A stretch of 64,000 nt of DNA from Haliotis rubra (Eukaryota): contig NW_025764891.1 of NCBI RefSeq assembly GCF_003918875.1, positions 434,001-498,000 of the forward strand, written 5' to 3'. The position numbers were made by a program, and so were the translations under genes. Positions 37,801 to 49,800 of the stretch are shown here, piece after piece (positions within the stretch are counted from its first letter, which is position 1; the number at the start of each line of letters is the position of its first letter). The notes beneath the pieces were generated by a model, which saw only the letters and a list, made by a program, of their open reading frames with translations, did no database searches and had not been told where the DNA came from.

Positions 37801-40800
37801 GTGCAAGACAATGGCAACTGGTGTCACACATTATTCTTGTTCGGAATACTTTCATCACTACATAATTAAGTCATGACTACATACCTATTTTTATTCATCT
37901 CTACATATGTTACATCACAAACTTCTTCATTTTCTTCCTCTGAAATAAAGAAACCTTAAAATGTTACCTGTCACAAGAGAAGGTGAGGTGAGGTGAAATT
38001 GGGTTTAACATCGTGCTTGAGAATATTTCGCTCATATGACGACGTGCATGTGTGTGTATGTGTAAGTGCGGCTGCTTGTACTAGCCCAGACTGAAGCTGG
38101 TTATATAGTGCTAGCTCACTGAGATACCATGCCGCAGTGAAGCATGAATACCCCACTCAGGCACATTATACGGACTCCGAGCCGACCAGTCCTTGTTGTA
38201 CCCATTAATGCCGAGCGCCAGGCAGGGACCAACAAGTACCATATTTTAACGTCTTTTGGTATGACGCGGTCGGGATCGAACCTGCGACCTTCCGCTCTCT
38301 GTGTCACAAGAGAAATATATAAATAAGGAAATTAGATATCAATGTCATACAATTATGTGACCATTGTACATATAAGCAACCAAATATCAGTGCATCAAGG
38401 GAGATAACTGTACACAAAGCGATTTCTTTAGAAGTTAATTTATCAAGAACAGTACATCAAGCTGTATTTGTTTGTAAAGATTTATGTCATGGAAAGAAAA
38501 TTTAATATCTCACCCTTCTCCAGCACTCGTAGACAATGCCCATTGTTGTAGTTCCAGATTCTTAGAATTCCATCACGGCCACCAGTGATCAACCTTGAGA
38601 CAATCAGATAGGAAGTCAGAACAATGCCTATATATATGACGTACCGGTATGTACATATCACACAAATCTTGTGTATTTCTCAGTAAATTCTTAAAAAGCA
38701 TTTCTTGGGAAAAAATCAACTTGCAATAATCAAACCTTTTCCACAGATATCAAACAATAGTTTTTACCCTTTTTGCATTTGTTTTTCTGTGAATATCTTC
38801 ATAACATATGCACATTAATCAATAACAACAAAGCAACAATTTGAAACCACAAACATAATAATATAATAAATACACTACCCCATATACTCATAAAGGAGCT
38901 GCGATGAAAATTTAAAGACGTCAACTTCCATATTATGAGTAACGGTATAAGAAGTTGACATCAATAAATCATCTCCATTCCCCCTCAATTTTAAGTGTCA
39001 CAAAAAAATTATTTTCAATACGGCGATCTTTAGTAAAAACTGTGTTCTTCAGTCCATGTAATGAATGACTGATGAGTATAAGGACATCCTCACGTACCTT
39101 CTCCCTGTGTTGTCGAATGTCATGGTGGTGATTGCAGAGTCCCCATGTGCATCTCCATACTCAAATATAGGAGTCCCAGTCTCAAAATCCCACAGCTTGA
39201 TTACCTGCAAGGTCAAGGCAACGCATACTGATTTTACTGGTCTATTAAGTACATTCACATCTTCACACATAGCTGATATATTGAGTACTACAATCATGTG
39301 TTCATCAGCCAACTCATTTTGTAACTTCATGTATTACTACGTATGTCACATACATCAGCCTCAGGATTATGAAAGACTACCTTTTAACATTATTTACACG
39401 TAATTCACACAATGATGCAATAATACATACATCAATAGTATTAAACAAGAAAAATGTATAATCCAAAACATATTATAAAAATATAATGACTGTTGAACAA
39501 TAGAATTAATCTTTTCTGTGAAAACAACTCAATAGATCATATGGGAGGGCCCATATTGCTGGACAACCTCACTGTCTTTGCACTGTCTGAAGTTATTATT
39601 GCAGTCTTAAATATTTATACTTTGCATAAACTCTGCACACTCTGCCTTGCAAATATACACTTATATCTTCATAAACACATAAAAGTCCATTCTTCGAGAT
39701 TTCCAGTGGTTCTGCTTTGCACTCACCGATCCATCTGAACAGGTGACAACTTGTTTAAAGCTAGGATTGTATTTACAGCAGGTGACTGGTTCTTTGTGGG
39801 TTATTACGATGTCAGCATGAAGCACAGGCCTGCAATACAGGACAGATTTCATCATGTTAACAAACACCTTAACCTGTATGAGTTTTAATGATTTCTAGAT
39901 CATTACTTGTAATTGTTGCACAGTTTTCTACATACATTCAACCCTATTGTGTTGAAGGGACCAAGGGAACAGTTCAACTTATCCGAGTGTTCGACACATC
40001 CGTCAGTATATAGATAATGATAAATATAAGGAAATCGGCAGGGACCGAGAGATGAGTCAGACACAACCGATAATTCGTCTGAACCTAATTAGAGACATTG
40101 GGGTTGAACTGTATATGGAACAAAAGAACACATGAATAGTAACAAAATATCATAATGTATTGAACAGAAAGGAAATATCTAATACACGACAGTACTCTTG
40201 AATAAAAGCAGCACAAAGAACTATCAAAATCTTCAAATTTGTATTTCTTACTAAAGTCATTTCAAATTGTATTAATTAAAAAATTGCATTGTTATGAAGT
40301 GTTCGAAATTCTGTGTTCACAAAGAGACACATGCACTTTTCCCGTGGAAACAGCTTTAAAATGCTGGAATCATAATTCAAAGTTAACACATTTCAATCCT
40401 TAAGATACTTGTTATCATATAATTAAGACTAGGTTATATAACAGCTGTCAGAGCCATGTGAAACCACTCACTTCATTCTGAGACTGAGACAGGCCATCTG
40501 GTCAGTGGCAACGGCGATGGCTTTGGCTGTGTGAGAGTAGTGGACAGCCTGGAGGTCTCCGCGGATCTTGTGCCCCTTGGGTCTCACCGTCAGTAGGCAG
40601 TTCTGATCCTGGATGTCCCAGATCTGACACACAGATTGTTACTATATACCAGTGTCCCCAGAGAGTGAGTGAGTGAGTATGGTTTATTCCACTTAGAGAA
40701 ATATCATGATGGGGATACCACAATTAGACTTCACAAATTAGAACTCTGTATCCAGAAACTAGCTCAGGCCTTCAGCATAGAGACAAACACTTTAACCACA

Positions 40801-43800
40801 AGGTTATGCTACAGTTACAAGAGAGTACACAAAGTCTAAAAAAAAGTAACTTGGTCTTAGGGTTTTTAAAAAAAAAGAATATATGTTCTGTGGACATTAT
40901 TGGTGTCCCAAACGGCATGCAGCATTAAAAATACAGGTGGTGCATTTCAAAGAAAATATTATTGGCCTTGAGGCTACAATTGAAAAAATATTCTGTCTTA
41001 AGCAAAGCTCTGTTTATGCACCTGTCATGAGTCATACCTTTATACACCTATCTGTGGACAAGCTGAATATCCTGTTGTCTTCTTCAGCAATGAATAGGTA
41101 GAAGATTGGGGCATTGTGGCCTCTCAGCATGGCTGTAGGTTTCCTGGAACAAAATTAACATACCAAGGAATTTACATCTATGAGCCAGAAGAAAATCCCA
41201 AAAGCAAAGCATCAACAATTTTCTTAAACGCACATGGCTAATATGGTCAAGGGACACAACTCTTGACAGGGTATGACTATTGGCAACTCTAAGTACTGGC
41301 CTATCTGGGCCCAAGTAACATTGAAGTAGTTTATGAGAGTGTGAGATTGTTTTAACCCCAGTTTGAAATATTTCAGCCATATCATGGCAAGTCAAACTTG
41401 ATCATATGTGAGAGGAAAGACCTGTGATGCAAATTTTGGACAATGACTACAACACAAGGAATTGTACTGACTGTTGTACATGACATGAAAGGGATCTGTG
41501 CACTAACACAGTTGTTTCAATAAATTGCTGAATTGCCAGTGTTATCTCAGAGAACTTTGCTACCAATGTCTTCTACCAACATTTAAGGACATAGGTTTTT
41601 GGATATATTTATACAACAAGAAGACAATTTTCAAACTTACCCTGACACATAGGGATTCCACAACCTGATAATTCGATCCATGCCTGCAAGAAATCAAGTC
41701 TTATAAAAAGATTGGTATTTTTTAAAGTATACTTTAACTGAAGAAGAACACACAATCTTGGACAGGTGTCAAATTGATTCTGGTGCGCCTCTTCTTAAAT
41801 TTTTAAAGGATATTTAAAACTATGGTTAAAATGATATCGATTTTGAATTCAAAAAGACTCTCCAAAACATTATAAGATTTGCTTGTTTACAAAACACACA
41901 CCAAAACACAAATGCATAATTTCATACCATACCTGGGCCTAGATTTGACGAACTCCCATACCTCTTAGCACTAAGATAAGTCGTAAATGCCATACATTAA
42001 CATTAACTTACGACTATCTTAGCACTAAGAGACTTTCGAAAATCTAGGCCCTGGTCCCAATACATACATGCTATATTGATATAATAAATATAGAACACAT
42101 CAGGATACATATCGTTTGCCACTGTGTTGCTCGTTCCAAAAGAACCCAGTCCTGATAACATCCAGGTTAGAATTCATTTCAGGAACCCATGCTTGCTGTA
42201 ATAGGTGACTAACGGAATCAATTGATCAGGCTCATTGACTTGATTGATGCATGTCATCATATCCCTAATGCATAGATCGATGCTCATGATGTCAGTCACT
42301 GGATTGTCTGGGTTCGATTGTTTACAGATCGCTTTCATATAGCTGGAATATTGCCGAGTGCAGCATTAAACAACAAACAAAAAAAACCAATAGAACCCAA
42401 ATTCAGGTCCATGAAGACCTACACAACACTGTCATGCACACTCACCGCCTGTAATCATGATATTTTTTTCCTTTGAGAAGTCGAAGCACTTGACCCCCTT
42501 GTAGACCCGAAAGATGGCCTGGTCAGCCTCCAGCCTTGTCTTGGTGTTGTTGTAGGCATAGAAGCCCTTCCCCTTGTTCCTGTCCTGGCCAGCACCTGGG
42601 TCCTTCACCTCCTTCAGCTGCTGCTCCACATGGGTGCTGCCAATAGTACAACCTGCAAACAGACACATACACTGTAAATTTCTTGACCCGTGAAAATCTG
42701 GGTTAGAATTGGTCTTCAGCAACCCATGCTTGTCATAAGAGGAGACTAACTAGATCAGGTGGTCAGGCTTGCAGATTTTGTTGACACATGTCAACATATC
42801 CCAGTTGTGGAGATCGAGTCTCACGCTGTTGATCACTGTACCCTCTGGTCCAGACACGAATATTTACAGACCACCGCCATGTAGCTGGAATTTTGATCAG
42901 TGTGACATAAACAACAAACAAACTAAACATATTATCAACAATGCAACCTGCAAAACAGACACATATAGAAACAATAGTGGAACTTTCAAAACACATAAAA
43001 ACAGATGAAGACAGTAGTGAAACTTGCAAATACAGACATTCATATAAACTGCTGATGTGCAAGCTGGCAAGAACAGACACACATATACTACTAAAAATAT
43101 AACCTGCAACCTATGTACATGCTACTGAGAGTTCACCAGGAGGGTTAAATACTGTTTACATGCTACCAGAGCAAATACAATTACTGCTGATAGTACTCTG
43201 TCTTCTGGGTGCAGAAACAACATTTTTTTATGAGATGCACATAGGTAACTACCTCTGTCTGCAGGAGGCACTAACAAATGAGCAAGTTCTGGTAATAGTA
43301 GATCACACCAGTAGATCACGCCAGTCTCAGATACATTCAGACTCTCAGAATTATTGATGATACAAATGTCAAAGAAAACTTGACATGAACCAGTTGTGGC
43401 TGTGTAATAAGTTAGGCATTCAAGTTTGCCATTCAATAAATATTGGCACGTTTTGATTGATCAAGCCCCAGCAATCAATTAAGCATACTTGCAGAAAATC
43501 TGCATGCCAAACATCTCTGAAAAGAAGTTGAAAGACAGTATACTCAGGGCTCCAGATAATTTTTCAACATTAGGAGTACGTACTCCTTATTTTCTCAATA
43601 CAGGAGTACCTGAAAAAGTACATTTTGAGTACTGAATGGAATTTAATGGAGTATCAGCAATTCATATTTGCACCACAACATTGCTACTCTTGTGTAAACA
43701 GGTCAATAAACAATAAAACAATGCTTTTTCAGATAAATACGTCTGTAAATGATTCTAAGACCGTACACCATTGCTGTGGTGCGTATCTGCTACGTTTTCT

Positions 43801-46800
43801 AAATTATTTCCTACCGTATCGTGCACATTTTATATCCGTACATACGCCAATACGGCCCTTATTTGGAGCCCTGATACTATATGTCCGTACTTGATGATTC
43901 TTATGAACCTAGGATGGTTACGACTTGAACAGTCATTAGATCAAAGGACATAATGAAAGAGTGAGAGAGTGAGTGAATGTAGTTTTATGCCGCTTTTAGC
44001 AATATTCCAGCAATATCATGGCGGGGGACACCTGAAATGGGCTTCACACATTGCACCCATGTGGGGAATCGAACCCGGGTGTTCGGCGTGACGGGTAAAT
44101 GCTTTAACCACTAGGCTACCCCACTGCCCCCATAATGAAAGAGGCAGGACTTAGACCATAGCACTTTCGCAGAAGAAGAGGGCCATTAGATCACAGGACA
44201 TATTAGAAGAGGCACTGGACACTGGACTTTTGCAGAAAAAGAATGCCCTCTCATGTAGTCTTGTTGGAATCTCATTTATTAAATATACTTTGTAGTATTT
44301 AAATAATGATTATTAAAACTATGTGTCACATTTTATGTCAAAGACCAAGCAGAATAGAACGAAAGTCATTTAATAATAGTTAATTTATAAGTATACCCTT
44401 TATACAATGCTGCATTTTCTGTATAAAAATCTGTAATATACACAAGAACATGCTGTGATGTCAATATGGCATATCAGATTGACAGACATACTCATGTACT
44501 TTACCAGTTAGTTTTTTTTCTGGCCAGCCTATTACATATAAATTGCCTCAATTTTTTACATTCCTTTTCTGTTTTCTACCTTACATGAACTCAAGGATAC
44601 AATCTCTATTCATCAACTGAAGTGTGTTGTATTGTGCAGTGTCTTCATAATACAGTAATGTTAGAAGTCAAAGCCTCCATGTGTGACCCAAACTAGTGGC
44701 GTACTACTTACCTATGACTAATGCTGTGTTTGCATGGTTGGAGCACGAGATCACCTGACCAATGTCATGATAGTACTTCAGCTGGAGAACAAAAGAACAT
44801 CATCACCTGTGATAACTGTTCCAGTGAGATATAACTCAGTCATAACACACATCTCACGAATAAATAATACTCTAGAGAAAATGTTTGGTCAGTGCCTGGG
44901 CAGATTAAAGATTACAGAGATTTATCTGGACAAACTCTGAGGCCAGTTTTCAGGCTATGTCGGTAAATATTTCCAAATGTGAATATAAATACTCCCAATT
45001 CATGTCATCATTGATATGTCTTTGAAATGCACAGGTTTCTCGTATGTCATTAATATCTCGGACGATATAGGTAGGGACTTTAAATACTCAACTCTACATT
45101 ACTGTAGTGAAGATGCTGAATCCAAAGTTAAAAATACAATGCCAAAATAGCTATGAATTTACTCAGGTGAGCTGATAAAAAAGGGTGGAAAGGTTTCGCT
45201 TTTTTATTTCAGTTCAGGAAACCCAGTTCAGGAAACTTGGTTCTGGTCTGAAGTATTACGAAATGAACAAAATCAATCGGGAACGAAAAAGGTTTCCAAA
45301 CTTGAGCCATGACACGTTTTCGTTTCAAAGGGATGTAACTCTTCCATATCAATCTCATGTTTTTGTTAACAAGCGACATCGTTTAACCAAGCTCGGGCGG
45401 GTTCGAGTCACGGTGGTAGTCTTTCTGATCTTGCTCCGAAACAAAGGGCTATGAATTTCATTCACTTTTTCGATATTGAATAACCATGGTCATTTATGTG
45501 AAAAAGTAATCAATTGTGTTTTTCTTTCTCTACTGTGGATTTGTGTGTCAAATAACAATAGCAACATATACAGTAGTTATTTCAGGGTTTTACACAATGC
45601 ACAAGAGTGAATCCAGTATGCAGAAATGTAGAGAATGGATATGAAATAAAATACAGTGTATCCAGAGGCACACACAATAATATCAATTGTACCTACAGTG
45701 CATCAAGAGCAGGTGTTGATGTTTTGTAGTTTTATCCATTAATGATGACAACTTTCGAAATGATCATTGTTTCATTCTTTGGTTGAAAGAGTACTTATCC
45801 AAACTTCTAAGATGCCTAGCAGTTACTCGAAAAACAAACATTATCAGACAATAAAAACACAGTAACAATTGAATGGCGTTACCATTCTTTTTCCCTTGTA
45901 ATTTACCATTTCATTCTCACAATATAATATTAGCGCGTGCAAGGACTTTAACTATAATTAGTGTAATTCATGACATGGTTGAGGAGACTGTATTTCTTAA
46001 ACACAGTACAATAAACCATTTTTTCACCTTACATCACTCTCCTATTGCCTGCAAGGACCACTACAATTCATGACTTGGGAGACCCCTGTTTTTGTAGATG
46101 AAGGCAAAACGCTGTCATTTGCTAGCTCACCTGTTGCACCCAGTCTCCATGAACCTGCCATCTGATAAACTGGACATTGGGACCACTTGCCACCGAGTCC
46201 AGGCTGATGCTGGCGATGAAACCATCATGTCGTGGCATCTTCTTCCACGTCCTAGGGAAAAGATGTGGATCATATCACAGGAGTCAGAAATATGACTGGC
46301 TGAACATGTGCGATACAAACCCACACAATCAGTGTCCAAACATATAAACAATACTGAATATCTATTCTGACAGAGCTGACGGATATAGCCATACAGCTAT
46401 ATCTTTACACTTACATAGACAATTGTACCATTCTATAAAATAACCACATTCTCCCAAAGTCATAAGTCAATGCTATGAACACCATGTGACTAAGATAGCT
46501 TTGTACAACGGCACCAATGATGTTTATTTACCCAAGCGTCCAAATTTTGAAAATGAAAATATTCTCAGAAACTTATAAATATTAAAATTGTTCAACAAAT
46601 CAAGAAAACTGGCTTTCTGAATCTTACAGAAATTTTGTTATTCAGCAAAGCACATTAAAATATCTACCCTGGAGGAATAGAATTAGCTGTCTTGAAGATA
46701 TTATACTACAGCTGACCTTGTCATGAGGTTTATATGTTTTATAGGAGAAAAATGGATGCGTTAAAGCCTTGTTGAGGATTAGAAAAGGGCTTTTATACAC

Positions 46801-49800
46801 TCTCATGTACTTCACCTGATTTTACATTTCATTTATAGTATGACCAGAAATTATTGAGAATTTTAGGAATATGTTTAATTGGATTTCTAGTATAAACAAC
46901 TTTGACCAGCTATCAAGTGCTTGGTTTCATACATGAAAGACAACTCCGTTAATCCTTTTTCATCAGCTTGTGAAGAGTTATCCCCCTTTGTTTACTTGCT
47001 AGCAGACGGCATTTTCAGTGATCCTCAGTATGGATGATTTAGAGAAGAGGAAGTTGATTTTAGAGTATTATAACAAGGACATCAGATCAGCTAAAGTGAT
47101 TTCAAGTAGAACAGGCCTCCCTTTGTCCACTGTTTATTGTGTTTTGAAAAATATTGCAAATAGATATGGCATTGAGCACCAGGGAGGGCAGGTAGGCCCA
47201 GAAAATTGACTGTCAGGGACAGGAGGCGGCTTGGTATTCTTGTTTCTAAAACAAAGCGAAGGAGTTTAGAAACCTTAAGGCTGGATATGATTGATAGAGG
47301 AACAGTGGCTGTCTGTAAGGAGACAATTAGAACTGAGCTGTATGCAATGGGTTGGCTGAGCTCACCGATCATGAAACCTGAACAAAATGGCGAAGGTTGA
47401 CTGACTGACTGACAGTTTGGTTTTCGAGAAATATTCCAGCAACATCCACACCAGAAATGGGCTTGAAATTGTGCCCATGTGGGGAACGAACCTGGTCTTC
47501 GGCGTGGACGAAGGCTTTAACCATTAGGAACCCCCTGAAGGTTGAACTGGTGCTTAAAGCATAGAAATTTTAACTGGGACAATGTGATTTTCTCAGATGA
47601 AAGATCTGTGTGGCTGTTTTCTAATACACTGAAATTCTGGACCAAACAAACTGAAAAACCTTGTATCAGCGCCCAAAGTACAGTCTGAAATTTCATGTGT
47701 GGGGTGGCATATCTGTGTTAGGGCCAACGCCCCTCTGTGTATTTGAAGGGAATATGAACAGTGAGCGGTACACAGATATTGAGGAACATATTCTTGAGGA
47801 ACATTTACTTCCATCTGCTCACCTGTTCTAGGAAATTTTTGGATTTTCCAGCAGGACAACGACCCAAAACATCGTTCAAAGCATTCACAGGCCTGGTTTC
47901 GGACCCAAAAAATGACATTATTAGATTGGCCAAGCTATAGCCCTGACCTAAATCCAATAGAAAATGTTTGGGGACTTATGAAGGAAAGTGTCAATAAGAA
48001 AAATCTGACAAGTATTGCTGAAATGAAAGAAGAGGAGGTCCGATATTGGGACAGCATGGACCACGACTTTCTAACTTCTTTGATCAGTAGTATGCCCCGC
48101 CGCATTGAAGCCTGCATTGCTGCCCATGGTGACTTGACAAAATACTAACTGTTCACCTGTCTTTGAATCTGGAGTTATGTTCTGCTAATATTCACATTTA
48201 ATACGTGAGTAATGAGTGAAAATCTTTAAATTCTCAATAATTTCTGGTTGTACTGTATAATCAGAGTTGATTGTATTCTAAACTGTGGGAAAAGTGAGGG
48301 ATCCTTACCTGAGACATTCACCAGCTGATTTGATGACCAGAATGTTGACACAGCCTTGACTGTCTCCATACAGTATAAGACACTCATCATACCCTGTTGA
48401 GCTGTACACAGAGAAATATAATATATACAATCTATATACACTATCCAGATACAAATAATTTGATAGCATGCTTGAATATATTTATCACTGACCTGTTTAC
48501 ACAAGACTAGCTGCATATACTTAAATGATACTCCATTAAATTCCATTCAGTACTCCTTAAGATTTTGAAATACTCCTATATTGAAAAAATAAGGAGTACG
48601 TACTTCAGATGTTGAAAAATTATCTGGAGCATTGTACACTGACAGTTAAATGATTATGCTGCATAAATCAGTCTAACAGAAAATAATATACCACACTTCT
48701 GTATAAGAATAATCTATCCATATCTGTTATATCTGACAGAGGCATAGTCAACAAGTGTCAAGAGTTGTTCTTATTGTAGATGGAGAATATCATTCATAAC
48801 TCCTGGAGGCATAGATCAGAAGTTCTAAAACAATGAGAAAATGCTCTTATCATGATGGAGCATATTCTTAATAACTACCAGAGGCATAGATTAGAAGTTA
48901 TAAACAATGAGATATGCCCTTATCATAGGTGGAGAATATTCTAATAACAACCGGAGGCATAGATCAGAAGTCCTAAAACAAAATATTATCAGAGACACAG
49001 ATCAGAAATCTGAATACAATAAGGGTTGTCCTTATCCTAGATGGAGAATAGAATAGTAATGATATCAGAAATAACAACATAGAACATTGTTACTAATGCT
49101 CAACTAACTTATCTCACATAAATATAAATATAACAGAGCAAAATTGTCAGTGAAAAGCAAAGGGAATGCACTCACCTGTAATGTAACTTCAATGGCACTG
49201 TTTCTAAACCACTGACTTGACAGTATGGCTCAAATGATGACAATTCAAAGAACTGGATTTCTCGGTCACTAGAAAATAATATAATGATTATAATTTTCCT
49301 CACAAATAAAAAGAACCAATTATGAAGAAGAGTAACAAAATAGAGATGACACTGCCATAATATGAAGATATTGCATCACTTACACATTCCTTCTTCCCCG
49401 AAAATTAAATCATATCAAATATATTTCTATTTCCTAACACAAAGTTGTAAATCAAATGAGCTAGAAAAAACTAAACACTGTGTGAAGTACATTATATAAT
49501 TTTATTAAAATCTAAATATTTTAGATATTTAAATACTTACCTTACCATAGGTCTTATGCATATTACCTCAAGCTCCGCTTAAAAGCGATCAGACAGTGTT
49601 TGATTCGCCATTCTCTAGAATCGCTGCCTCAAGTATTGACGAGTGTACAGGAACGGAAGTGACATGATCTCCCCGTGGTCTAGCCCAAAATCACTTTAAC
49701 TGACCAGATCCGAAGAGCCCAGAGGAGTTACCGCCCTATGGTAAGGTAAGTATTTAGATATCTAAAATATTTAGATTCCCCAGTCTCCCGCCTACTGGAG

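Noticed and set aside
48226-48546. 106-aa ORF as the WD-gene exon frame
   Set aside because: The real exon (48401-48309) uses another frame (STGYDECLILYGDSQG…) dictated by splice phases.
43545-48634. A single 5-kb transposon that captured host exons
   Set aside because: The left copy has its own right TIR and TSD (43873), there is no shared outer TSD, and the exons are collinear with the gene.
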